From: Octopus bimaculoides
Lineage: Eukaryota
Reading direction: 5' to 3'
Length of the DNA: 64,000 bases
NCBI RefSeq assembly: GCF_001194135.2
Contig: NC_068984.1
Location: 59,049,002-59,113,001 of the forward strand
The translations under genes were made by a program, and so were the position numbers. This document shows, one piece after another, positions 1-12,300 of the stretch. The notes beneath the pieces are model-generated. The model did no database searches. It was given only the letters and a program-made list of their open reading frames with translations, and had not been told where the DNA came from. Every line of letters begins with the position of its first letter. Within the stretch, counting starts at the first letter, position 1.

Positions 1-54
1 ATATATATACTCTATATATATATAATTATATATATATAGATAGATAGATATATA

Positions 55-153
<99 letters not shown>

Positions 154-231
154 TAGATAGATAAGAGATATATATTTATATACTATATATATATGCACAC
201 TATATATATATATATACTTTCTATATATATA
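1..231. repeat. Compound (TA)n/(GA)n/(GATA)n microsatellite
   Basis: Direct reading of the sequence. Confidence 0.95.
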
Positions 232-232
232 C

Positions 233-1812
233 GCCAACCACTCCAATAGTGTTGTGGGTGCTTTTTACATGCCACCAGCACAGGGGTCACAGGAGCTGGC
301 ATCTACCATGATCAGATGGTGCTTTTTACATGCCACAAGCACGGAAGCCAGTCAAAGATGCACTGGCATCGGCCACATTCGGATGGTGCATTTTACGTGC
401 TACCTGCACAGGGTCACAGCTTCAATTTCCATTTGATTTGATTTTTATATTGACGTTGATGTTGATGTACTTGACTCAATAGGTCGCCTCAAGCATGGCA
501 TGTCACCCTATGATCCAAGGTACTTTTGAGTGGGCTGGTTATGTGACACTGACGTAGGTTACAGCTGTGAACTCACTTTATTTACCGGGTCTTCTCAGTA
601 ACAAGATTTCTCCAGGTGTCTCGGTCTTTTGTCATTGCCTCTGTGAGGCCCAGAATTTGAAGGTCATGCTTGACTACCTCATCCCAAGTCTTTCCTGGGT
701 CTCCCTCTACCCCGGATTCCTTTCACTGTTTGGGAGTGGCACTTCTTCACACAGCTCTCCTCATCCATCCGTAGTATATGACCATACCAACACAAACGTC
801 TCTCTTGTATGCCACATCCGATGCTTCTTATGGCTAACATTTCTCTCAGGGTGCTCACACTCTGCCATGTGTGCACACTGACATTACGCATCCAGCAGAT
901 CATGCTAGCTTCATTTATTTCGAGCCTACACGTCTTCAGCAGTCATGGCCCATGTTTCACTGCCATGAAGCATGGCAGTTGGCACACATGCATCATACAA
1001 TCTACCTTTCACTCTGAGCAAGAAGCCCTTTGTCAACAGTAGGGGTAGAATCTTTCTGAACTTTTCCCAGGCTATTCTTATTCTAGTAGTAACACTCTCT
1101 GAGCATCCACCATCACTACAGACTTGGTCACCTAGGTAGCGGAAACTATCACCTACCTCTAGTTTCTCCACCTGGCATGTGTTGGAGTCTGTTTTCTGAG
1201 TATCTTTGGTGTTTATTACCCCTGTGCACACGAAAGCTGTCTTCCTAGTTAACCTGCCTTTGATATTGCTGCACCTCTTATGTGTCCATAGCTTACACTG
1301 GATACATCTTATGGAATTTCTACCTACACATTTTCTACAGATCGAGCAGGACCACCTACCTGAAGGGGTTTGTGATGTGTTCGCCTTCCTACTTACTAGA
1401 ACTTTGGTCTTTGCAACATTGACTCTAAGGCCCTTCGATTCTTAACCTTGCTTCCACACTTGAAGTTTTTTCTCTAGTTCTGGTAGTGATTCTGCTATGA
1501 GGGCCAGGTCATCAGCATAGAGGAGCTCCCAGGGCAACCTGTCTTGAATTCCTCTGTTATTGCCTGGAGGACTATGATGAATAAGAGGGGGCTGAGTGCT
1601 GATTCATGGTGGACCCCTACTTCTACCCAGAATTTTTCACTATACTCATTTCCAATCCTAACCCTACTAACGTCATCTCTGTATAAGGCCTGTACATCCC
1701 TTATTAACCATTTGTCAATCCCCACTTTCCACATCACCCACCAGATAAGGGATCGGGGGACCCAGTCAAAGGCTTTCTCCAAAGCCAAATATAGACGTTT
1801 ATCTTTGGCTAC
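233..1812 (-). mobile_element. RTE-clade LINE, 5'-truncated and decayed (RT C-terminal half + 3' UTR)
   Basis: Minus frames give LEKAFDWVPR..LSPLLFIIVLQ..(ELLYADDL), FRYLGD..AMLHGSETW, WYGHILRM..GRGRPRK. 233-560 matches the 3' UTR of the copy at 46250-46920. Several frameshifts. Confidence 0.92.
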
Positions 1813-1849
1813 AATGACACTTCATGCATTGAGTACATATTAAATTTTG

Positions 1850-2823
1850 TTAAACTTGAACATTATTTTTTAAGCAATGAACAAATTTTCATCAAAACAA
1901 TGATATAATTTGTTGACTTGAAACTTATTGCAAAGCTGTATGATAAACAACATCTTTTATCTTCCCTTTTGAGGTCAGTACAAATAGCTCGTATCCATTC
2001 CCTACCCTTGAACAACCAATATATAGCTGGCTGTAGGCAACCATAAACTTACCTTTTAAAAGTTCAATGATAATTCTTCTGTCACCACTTAATTTAAAGA
2101 CTATTTGTTGTATGTGGGGCCTTACTTTTTGTACAAACAATTATTTGTAGTAGCTGGTACATATCTAAACTCCTGTTCATAGTTTGAAGGAAAATTACAC
2201 CACTATTTCAAAGCGTGATTTTTATGTTCTGGAATTGCTCTTAATGTATGTGACCATAAAGGTGTTTGAAATTTGGTATTTTTATGGTAATAATAAAATT
2301 AGTCAAATCTGTTTTCATGCAGTCAGAGTGCACAAAGTTTCCATAACTCTGACGACATGAAAATAGGTCTGACAAGTTTTATTAATACCTGAAAATATAC
2401 TAAGTTTCCAACATTTTTGTGGTAGAGAGTTATGAGAGGTAATATTGTATGAGAGAGTGAGTTCAATATATATTTCAGTTCTAAATGTTATGAAGCACGT
2501 ATTATGGTTAAATTACTTTTCATATTTAGAGAAAGATTTTTGCAAAATGTTTATTTTGGAAATAGCTATATTTAGAGAAATATTTTTTTTTAATATTAGG
2601 ATTAAGAAAAACCAAGAGTGAAGATTAGTAGAAGTCATTGAATTGTGAGAGAGGGGTACAGCATGAAGAATAGTAGAAGTGTCATTGAATAATGAGAGAG
2701 AGGTAAAGCATGAGGAAGAGTAGAAGTGTCATTGAATAGTGAGAGAAGGGGTCGGAGGAGTAAAGTTGAAAAAGTGCAACACACTGACACACTAACATTC
2801 GCTTTCACATTTATTATTATAGA
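1850..2823 (-). mobile_element. Helitron deletion derivative (5' end + helicase C-terminus remnant)
   Basis: Minus strand starts A|TCTATAATAATAAATGTGAAAG at 2823 (Helitron-type 5' TC after A). 1925-2030 encodes SQLYIGCSRVGNGYELFVLTSKGKIKDVVYHTALQ*, like the HGQLYVACSRV..KTKNVVY C-terminus of Helitron PIF1 helicases. No 3' CTRR end found. Confidence 0.7.
2627..2750. repeat. ~45-47 bp minisatellite, about 2.7 copies, inside the Helitron
   Basis: AGTAGAAGT(GT)CATTGAA..TGAGAGA recurs at 2627, 2672, 2719. Confidence 0.85.
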
Positions 2824-3336
2824 TATATATATACATGTGTGTGTGTAATTTCCATTTACCAAATTTTACTTGGAGTATTGACAAATTCAAGGCAACATTA
2901 GAAGACACCCTGCTTATAGTACCATGTAGTAAGATTGAATCTTGAGTCATGTAGGTGCAAAGCAAACTTCTTACCCACACTTCTTAGCCTTTATCCTCGG
3001 AAAAGCATGAATTTTATCAAGTCCTAAAGTTCATGGAACTGGTCACTTACTGAATTATATTTCTAGATACAAAATTTCAAGCAATAAATTATGTTTATTT
3101 TTTGCACTGATGTATATCATATATTCTAATGATCATTTTAAAATATTTGTTCTAAATCAGCTTATAGATAATATAAGTTATGACTAATTAGTTTAATGTA
3201 TGGATTAAATACATAAGAAGAGCTAGTGTTAAATAATTTATTTTTATATTTTTATATTCTTATTCTGTTGATATATTTTGAAGCTTTGCACACAGAGAAT
3301 TTTTGTTTATTTGTTTTGGATTGGGAATAGGAAAGC

Positions 3337-3410
3337 CTTGATCAGAAAGTAACCTTTCAGTGAACTCAAGTCTTGATCAGAAAGTAACCTTTCAGTGAAC
3401 TCAAGTCTTG
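3337..3410. repeat. Perfect 35-bp tandem duplication
   Basis: CTTGATCAGAAAGTAACCTTTCAGTGAACTCAAGT x2 plus CTTG. Confidence 0.95.
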
Positions 3411-6277
3411 GCCCAGTTTTGATTTATGATTGTAGCTGAGCTGTTGACATATTTTTTTGCTAACAATTTCAAGAGGAGCATGAGGAGTTCAACAATACAG
3501 TTTCTCCTCCTGCAAAGTCATTAAGGATAATGACCCTTGTTGTATATCTCTAATATAAAATGTCTCTTGTGTAACAAAAATAACAGTGAACATATAATAT
3601 GATATAAAGAATAACAAGCTCACTTTCTATTGGAATGAAAAAAATATTCTTATAGCATAATGCCAGTGCTGTATTTATTCTATACTCAAGAGTCTCATCA
3701 GGAAAAGGTCCTGTCACAGTTAATATAATTATTTATTTATTTTCAAAGTATTACTGTCTTTGATTTTAAATTAATCTTTTATTACAATGTTGATGAATTG
3801 ACATTAATATTTTTTATGGAAACATGTTCTAAGACTCAAGCTCATTTGATTGCTTTTATGCGAGGTCATTTAGACAGCATCTAGCTTGGATGGTTTCTGC
3901 AGTCATATTCATTTTGCTTCATTTTATTTCATAATGCAAAAAAGGTTCATTATCACATTTTCTCCCAAATTGTAACATGGTAGTTTCGTAAATATTATGA
4001 GTGTTGTTCAAATATATTATAATCAAGTTTCACAGTTACTTTCTAATAGTGCTTTTAGCTAAAAACAAACAAATTAGGAATTTGTTTTACTAGAAATTCA
4101 ATTTATTGAAGGTGGCTGTGTCAATATAATGTTATGCCTGTACCTTCTATTTTCATTTACATTGTCTTAGATAATTTATGTCTATGAATACAAGATAACT
4201 TTCTATTTAAAATTTCATCAATATTTTATCAGGTATCAATACTGAATCAGTATTGGTAAATTTAAAGAGGAAATTTTTGACATGTAATCAAGTTATTCCA
4301 CAGATATTTTGATGTTTGTCATTATCTTTTTTCACTAGATATCCAAAAAAATTTTCAGAATATGACGTGTAAGTCACCAAAAAAATTTTCCATTGCATCA
4401 ATACACTGAATGCATGATATTTCATATAAATGGAAATAATGGCTTAAAATTTTTAAAAAATATATTTCTTATTCATTCATACATAAATGATTAATTCCTT
4501 TAAACTATCATTTTTATTATGAATTAGTAATTAATAATTGTTTGATAATGGTGTGACTATAATTTCTTATAGGTCTTTTTAACTCTATTTCCATTTCCAA
4601 ACTAATCAACATTAGCAAGTAAATGAAACTAAGAAAATTTCTGTACAATTTTAGTCTTAAATATCACAGAATTCTCTCACCAACTACTTACTAAAATAAC
4701 TGTTTTTCTTATTCACATTTTTTCCATATTCAATCCTAACAATTCCGATAATGCAGTCCAATTCTACCACTAAAACCACTGCATAAATTTTATCTTTCAA
4801 ACACTGCCTTAAAATCTGCTCAGAATTCCATGGGCAAATAGTATTAACTATAAAATCTGGTTAAAATATTGTCTCATTTATTTAGTAATTTACAGTTGAT
4901 GCCTTACAGAATCTAGTTTGTTGAGTAACCCTAGGTGATATTTTATCAGAAACCCTATTAAGTTCATATTTACTTAATGCATGCCAAAGCAGACCATCTG
5001 GATTTGTACCTATTTGAGAGGAAGCCAGACTGCAGGTAACTGCTTCATGAGTTGATTTTCAAATGAGAAAAGAATTGGTAAACTATGTAAAAATAAAATT
5101 TACTTTAATGCAATGAAAATTTTGGTATGTTTTCTTAAAGCAACTTAAATATCTTACTGGCAACAGAATTTCTACATGCTGATATGAAAAACATATTTCA
5201 GTTAGTGTTGTGTATGATGCTTTAGATTATACTTATTAGTACAAGAAAACTTTCTATTCAAAAATTTCATCAATATTTTTTGGGGGGGAGCCAGTGTTGG
5301 ATCATAAATCATATAATTGAGTAAGAAATTGTTGACTAGTAGTCTGTAATCAAGCTATTCTATATGTATTTTGTTATCTATCCTTGTATTTCTTTGCCAG
5401 TTATCCTAAATTTCCTTTTTTAAGATAAGCAGTACAATTTTCATTTCATAGGGAGGTCCTCAGAAAGACTTTCAAGCTTTAACAAAAAAACTGAAAGAAT
5501 GATACTTCATGTAAATGAATAAAGGAGATAAACAACTAGCTTGCTTCAAAGCTCAATAAACTAATCTTCCAATGAACATTACATGCTGATGAAATAAAAC
5601 TCCTTTGAGTGAAAGATAATGTTTTAAAATTCTTGAAATTCTCTTCTCCAAACTATTCCTATTTCAAATTTTAATATCTAGTTTTCCTACAATTTGCTAA
5701 TTTTGGGCACAATTCTTGTAAATAGAATCAGTAAAATTTTTTAAATGGGAGTATTTTACTTTAATACTTAAGCTGAATGAAACGTTAATATGCTACATAT
5801 AATCTGCAGTGTTTTTTGTTTACTTAGATCAGTAATCTGTGAAGTGATTCTATTACTTACCTATGTTTATACCTTAGATTTGATATATAAGTAATGCCTT
5901 GTCTCCTACTGCAACACCTTTTGTAGTTTTATAGTTTTATGTCTCTGCCAACTTTCTTATCTGCTTGTCTGAAAAATTAAATAACATTAAATCATTTCTT
6001 TTTGAACAATTTTATCACATTAGGTTGTTTGATATTGTTACAAACCATCTCAGTGACATTTGAGAATAAGTAATCTATTTCAAAATTCACTACCACCCAA
6101 TGGCACTTAATAACTGACGTTTCATTTGAAAGCTAGTGGTTTTTTGTTTTTTTTTTGCTTGGTTTTTTTTTCCTGCTTTCTGTAATTTCTAACATCAAAC
6201 ATTATAAGCTGAGTTTGCCAAGCTTTGTTTTAATTTCTTGGCAGATTTTTATAGTCCTCATCACAGAAAATATACAA

Positions 6278-6318
<41 letters not shown>

Positions 6319-6979
6319 ATGCACTAAACGATGTGTGATTGGTACTTTAAAGTAATGCTTTGTAAGCAGTACAAGTTTTTTTCTTTAGCTATCATGCTGA
6401 TGTGCACATCTCTCCCAAGGACATAAAAAGCAGGTTAGGCTTGGTCTGATTTCAATCCTTGTGGGTATTTCTTAAGGGGCTATGCACTGTTTTTCATTTA
6501 TCCACACATAGAGATATAGTTTACAGGGTTTTTTTTTATACCCATTAAGTATCAGAGCTTTATTAAATCAGTCTATCCACTTACCTTAAATAGTGCTTCT
6601 TTTGACTACCTACATAATCAATTATTCAATTAGTCAGGGACTAAATAGTGTCTTTTATTTATTGAAATATGTATTTAAGTATACTTTTATAAACAATGCA
6701 AGGCCATTGTTTTATTTTATTAATTATAACTGTGACGAATACGTCTGGCAAATATAAGCAAATTTCTTTTCTGTCTCTCCATGGACAGAAAAGGGAGTAT
6801 TGGCTTGATCCAATTTTGGTCTTAGAGGTATGTGTTCTCTTCAGAGACAACACACCCACCCTCATCTATCCATGGAGAGAGCTAGAGCTTATACTGTGGA
6901 TAGCCACTAAACCCAGGTTTGTTTATCTGTGAAGAAGATTACAGCTTAAAGATATTTGTCACCAATACATATCAGCTAA

Positions 6980-7017
<38 letters not shown>

Positions 7018-7034
7018 TGTGCTTGTGTGTGTAG

Positions 7035-7525
7035 TCATCATCATCATCAATATTTAACATTCGTTGTCCATGCTAGCATGGGTTGGATGGTGTGACCAGA
7101 GCTGGAAAGCTAGGGGAGGGAGCTGCACCAAACTCCAGTCTGATTTGGCATGATTTCTACAGCTGGATGCCCTTCCTAACTCCAACCACTTTACAGGATG
7201 TGCTAAGTGCTTTTACATGATACCACACTGGTGCTTTTACATGGCACCACCACGAGTGCTTTACACTGCTAGAAGGATCGGTCTTAACATTTCTGTTGCA
7301 GGGTACAGGTTTTCTTGAGTATGGCCAGGTACCAGGTATCTCAGTCTTTTGTCATCTCACTTGAAAGGTTCAGCTTCCTGAGATCGTTTTTCAGTACTTC
7401 ATCCCATGTCTCCCTACATCGTGTTCCATCCACTGTGAGACATCAGCACTTCTTTATGGAGATGTTGGTATCCATCCACATCACAACTAGTACAGTCTTC
7501 TCTCTTGAACACAGCAACTGATTCC
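7035..7525 (-). mobile_element. RTE LINE 3' end (ORF C-terminus, UTR, (GAT)n tail)
   Basis: (CAT)n then CCATGCTAGCATGGGTTGGA on +. Minus gives CCVQERRL..KKC..ETWDEVLKNDLRKLNL. Confidence 0.88.
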
Positions 7526-7576
7526 TCTTATGCTTAACTTCGCTCTCAGAACATATACACTTACAATCAGACTATT

Positions 7577-7800
7577 GGCTTTCAAATGATGCCACCCCAC
7601 TGGATAGCTGGACAAGCCAACATTCCTCTTGAACAGAAAGCCATTCTATCACAGGATTATCCATTTACAGTTGAATGGACTGGAGCAACAGGAAATGAAG
7701 TGTTTCGCTAAAAACAAACAATGCACTACCAGTCTGGGAATTGAAACATGATCTTGTGATTATGAGCGTAACATCATAACCAATACACTATACAACTTCA
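7577..7800 (-). mobile_element. tRNA-headed SINE, family C (degenerate)
   Basis: GGAGCAAC..GAAATGAAGTG..CAACA..GGAATTGAAAC motif shared with 30420-30555 and 50030-50215. Confidence 0.7.
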
Positions 7801-7833
<33 letters not shown>

Positions 7834-9639
7834 TGCATGTATGTGTGTGTGTGTGTATGTGTGTGTGTGTGTGTGTGTTCATGTGTATGTGTATTTATTA
7901 CTTAACTTATAATAACTAATTTAGTGAATCCCTGATAGTGATTTTGTGTATGCTTATGTAAGATATTTGAAATACCTACACAAGTTTTCATTGACTAGGG
8001 TTGAGACAAAAGGATGTTATTTATTGACCATGTAACTGGTGTGTACAAATCGAGTAAAGAAATGGAGAAGGAATGGTTTTCAGGCTGGAAAGAGAAAAAA
8101 AGCCAAAAGAGAAGAGACAAAGAAAAAGAATTGGTGTAAATGTATAAATATGTATATTGAACATAATAATTTTTTCTCAAACTGTGAAAAGATATGTGAT
8201 AAATATACAAATGTAATAAGGAAAAGTGAATACAAAAAAAGAAAAGTAAAAATGAAAGTAAACAGAAATGATGAAACATGAAGGAAAGGAAGAAAGATTT
8301 TTTAAACTTAGAAAGAAATAAGAAGAAAATTGTATATATGCATGAATTTGAAACATGCAAGGCAATCAATTTGTAAAATATAATATTTATATCTTTAATG
8401 TAAGGGAAAGAGAATTGTATCAAAAGTTAGTGCCAAAAGATAAATAACTACAAAGCAAGTATTTAGATATGTCTGTAAGAAGTTGAAGTATTCAGGTCAA
8501 TGATTTAATGCATGTACGTTACAAGTTTGAATGAAGGGTTCGTGTTTATACAGTGCAGTATGCTTTAAAATCATTTCATTTTAGTTTCTTTGAAAATCTA
8601 AATATACCTTGACAAAATTGTTGAAAATCTTTTTCTGCATGCTTTGAAAAATGGGTACACTCATAAAAACAAATCTTGAATTTCCTTTTAAGTTAACTCA
8701 CTAAAAGATTTAAATATTGTGCTTATTGTCTAGTTGCACTTTAGCATGATAAATTAATGTTTTTGAATTGTAGTTACATTGAGAGGACAACTATTTGGAG
8801 TAATACAATGGGAGGAGTACGGAATTATTAATGCTGATCTTTTTGAACTGAAATTATTAATTGAACATGCAAAAATTTTACACAAAAAATAGCCAACTTT
8901 AACCTAGTTTCTGCTAAAGGTCATATGCTATTGATGATTGGCTAGAAAGAAAGAACCAGAAATTAAATTTAGGAACTCATTGGTAATATTTGTTTTTATA
9001 TTTAAGCTAAAGTTTAGATTATACCTCAGGATATTTCTTGGTCTGTTGCACTTTAGGACATTGCAGTAGATAATAATAATATTTCATCTGAAAAGCCACT
9101 ACTATGAGGTGCCACATACATACATTCTAAGCTGAGGATATGTGTGTGTGTGTCTTTATCACAGTACAAAATTGGAAATTCCTTTTCAATCAATAAACAA
9201 GAACTTCTTTTGAAATATTTTGTTTTTTCTTTTTTAATCTCAGACTTTACCAATTACTCATTCATGCTGCAAATTCTAAAATAGCTATTTTAGTTCCAAC
9301 AATAATCACAAATGATGAGTATATTTTTAGAAAAAATACTAATGATGGGAAAAGCAACATTAACATATAAATTATTGATATTTATAATATAGGGTTTACT
9401 GTCTTTTTTTTTCCTGAATGATCACTATTTATTCACTAGTAATGATCTGGCTATGTTCTATTTCTTCAAAACATCATCTTCAGTAAGCTTTAAATGTTTT
9501 GTTTTATTAGATTTTTAGTTTTATAAATGCACTTCTTTGTTTTTTCATTTCCCCCTTCTCTCTCTCTCTCTGATATATATTCATATATGTGTGTGTGTGT
9601 TTCTGTGCGTGTAATATATATATATATATATATATATAA

Positions 9640-10290
9640 CAAATCAAATGGGTGGCTTATTAGCAATTTGAACCTAAAGGAAAATTTAATAGAGGTTACA
9701 AAAGTGACAGAGGGTACTAACACCACTATTGCTAAGAATTAGAGTTAAAACAACTTCAAAGCCACAAAAGCACTGAACTTAATGACTGACAAAAGTAGGT
9801 AAGTCCCCAGCATATATATAGTCAGATCAATGATTTTGGATTTTGATGTAGACCATCTTAATCTTCATCAGTGACTCTTAACACCTGGGGTTAAACTCAA
9901 CTACCTGTGTCAGTCTTATAAGAAAAACCGTTGAAAACATGTACCAATTTTCAAAACAGTAAAAGTGTAAACAACAATTTAAATGGGTGGCTTATCAGCA
10001 ATTTGAACCTAAATGCAAAATTAATAGAGGTCACAAAAGTGACAGAGAGTACTGACTGGCACCACTATTGCCGGAAATAAGAGTTAAAGCAACTCAAAAG
10101 TCACAAAGCACTATCTTAATGACTGATACAGGGAGGTAAGTCCACAGCGTATATAGTCAGATCAACTTCTACCTCCCTTTGTCAGTCATTAAGATAGTGT
10201 TTTGTTGCTTTTGAGTTATTTTAACTCTTATTTCTAGCAACAGTGGTGCTAGTTAGTACCCTCTGTCACTTTTGTGACCTCTGTTAATTT

Positions 10291-10293
<3 letters not shown>
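9640..10293 (-). mobile_element. Hammerhead-containing non-autonomous repeat (retrozyme / Penelope pLTR-like): 1.5 tandem 335-bp units plus an inverted partial copy
   Basis: 9646-9830 repeats at 9981-10165 (period 335). 10170-10292 is the reverse complement of 10016-10138. (TA)n on both flanks. Hammerhead at 9820-9876. Confidence 0.75.
9820..9876 (-). ncRNA. Type I minimal hammerhead ribozyme-like motif (probably inactivated copy)
   Basis: Minus: AGUCA-CUGAUGA-A-GAUU[..GAUG GUCUA CAUC..]AAUC-C-AAAA-UCA U UGA-UC/UGACU. Stem I AGUCA/UGACU, short near-palindromic stem III, AUC cleavage triplet. Departs from the canonical core at G12->A and 10.1 A.C. Confidence 0.65.
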
Positions 10294-10327
<34 letters not shown>

Positions 10328-10488
10328 NNNNNNNNNNNNNNNNNNNNNNNNNNNNNNNNNNNNNNNNNNNNNNNNNNNNNNNNNNNNNNNNNNNNNNNNN
10401 NNNNNAAGCGATGTTGGGGGGGACAAACACAGACACAAACATACACACACACACACATACACACACCCATTTGTACAACATATACACA

Positions 10489-10519
<31 letters not shown>

Positions 10520-11214
10520 GGGGGTTGTCTACTCCTTATGCAGAGTTTGATCACATCCTGTACCTATGCCTTAGAACAATGTTGGCATCTGATGTGGCTT
10601 TTTAAACCTGACAATGTTTTGAAGTCTCCATTAGATTTGCAGACCTTCTGGCATACATTGTATTGAAAGGTGTGTACAGACATATAGGCAGAATAGTTGG
10701 TGGAGGCTCATTTTCCATGAGTTCAGAAATGAGATTTGAGCCCAGCAAAAGAAAGGCATGGTTTGTTACAAACTGTACACATACATACATATAAACGTCT
10801 TATCTATTACAACACACATACAAATATATGGCTGTATGGTTGAGAAGTTGGTCTGAGTTTAGTTCTACTGAGTGGCATCTCACATACAAGGCCTTGGGCC
10901 AACCAATGCCTTGTATGTGAAATTTGGTCAGCACAAACTCTGCAGAAGCCCATTACATAAAAATGAGTGTGTGTTTGTGTCTATTCTCATTGATACTGTT
11001 TGGATAATGATGACATTGTGTCAATGTAAACTATATATTCAGTTGCTCAATAGTTCAAAATGAAAGACCCTGTAGAGTAGTGGGAAGACCAAATAAGAGC
11101 TAATATCAGGAAGGGTGCCTTACCATTAATACCTCTCTCAAGAAGTTTCACTAAAATGATGTAAGCATGGAAAAAGTGGACATATATATTAAATTATGAA
11201 AGTGGTATATATAA

Positions 11215-11379
11215 TAGGCACAGGAATGGCTGTGTGGTAAGTAGCTTGCTTACCAACCTCATGGTTCTGGATTCAGTCACACTGCGTGGCACCTTGGGCA
11301 AATGTCTTCTACTATAGCCCCAGGCTGAGCCAAGCTTCGTGAGTGGATTTGGTAAATGGAAACTGAAAGAAGCCCGTTG

Positions 11380-11414
<35 letters not shown>

Positions 11415-11636
11415 ATGTTTGTGTGTCTGTGTTTGTCCCCCCACCATTGCTTGACAACCAATGTTGGTGTGTTTACATCCCCCGTAACTTAGCAGTTCGG
11501 CAAAAGAACCCGGTAGAATAAGTACTAGGCTTACAGAGAATAATCCTGAGGTCGATTTCTTCAACTAAAGGCGGTGCTCCAGCATGGCCGCAGTCAAATG
11601 ACTGAAACCAATAAAAGAATACAAAAATAAAAGAAT
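11215..11636 (+). mobile_element. tRNA-headed bipartite SINE, family B (internal (TA)/(GT) hinge)
   Basis: A box TGGCTGTGTGG, B-box-like GGATTCAGTC, internal microsatellite, 3' tail AATAAAAGAA. Many copies in the window. Confidence 0.9.
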
Positions 11637-11639
11637 TTG

Positions 11640-12300
11640 TTCAAAACTGGCAATTCTTTCTGGCAAAAATATGTCACCTGAGCCAGCATAAGACAGTGGG
11701 GCTAAAGTGACATTCCCAGTAATCATTACTGGGGCATGTTTTGATAACATGCAATTCATCTTGTGCAGAGTATGCTTGGTGGGCATTATCAAGTATTGCA
11801 TATCCTTGCTGATGCACAAGAATAGCATTGCAATTGTATAAAAGCTTTGATAATGATCAGCAAATTGTACTCTATTATTTTGTACAGAAAATCAAATATA
11901 TATAGAAAATCAAATCCCAGACTTCTAAATGGTGCTAACAATTAGAAGGTCTTGATGAATCTGAAGGAAACAGTTGTGTTCCTAAGTCATACTCTAACTT
12001 TATGGCATAGTCTAACTTGATGATAAAAAAATGCTCTGATTGTTGAGTTTTAGGTATCATAAAAAGACAATTTAAAGAGGGCATGTAAGAAGAAAAGCCT
12101 AAAATATGAAAGATTTAAAGAATCATGTAATAGCAGTGTACAGTACTTCCTATAAAGGTGGCATGTTGTGGGTTTGTGGGTAGATCCACATTGCGCTACC
12201 TGGTTGGCATTGGACTTAGGGAGGACTGTAGAGTAGTGATTTATGAACAGGCGAGAGAAGCAGAACATGCTTCATCATCCATATGGTAGATTCTTGTGAA
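11640..12300 (+). mobile_element. Old HERO-like RLE non-LTR retrotransposon fragment (CCHC region + PD-(D/E)xK endonuclease), decayed
   Basis: Frameshifted translation: DIPSNHYWG..HYQVLHILADA..LLNGANN*KVLMNLKETVVFLSH..LIVEF*VS*KDNLKEGHVR-KSLKYE..VLPIKVACCGFVGRSTLRYL..EAEHASSSIW. Confidence 0.75.

Noticed and set aside
3675-3705. Minus-strand CTGATGAG ACTC TT GAGT
   Set aside because: No GAAA, 2-nt loop, no stems I/III.
5586-5640. CTGATGA..ACTC CTTT GAGT GAAA hammerhead-like string
   Set aside because: Six extra nt before stem II and no stem I pairing.
5861-5968. 108-nt minus-strand segment with strong acceptor and donor
   Set aside because: Stops in all three frames. It shows that splice-like pairs arise by chance here, which is why the other exon candidates are scored low.
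7995-8423. Lys-rich and Phe-rich ORFs
   Set aside because: Low-complexity A-rich tract.
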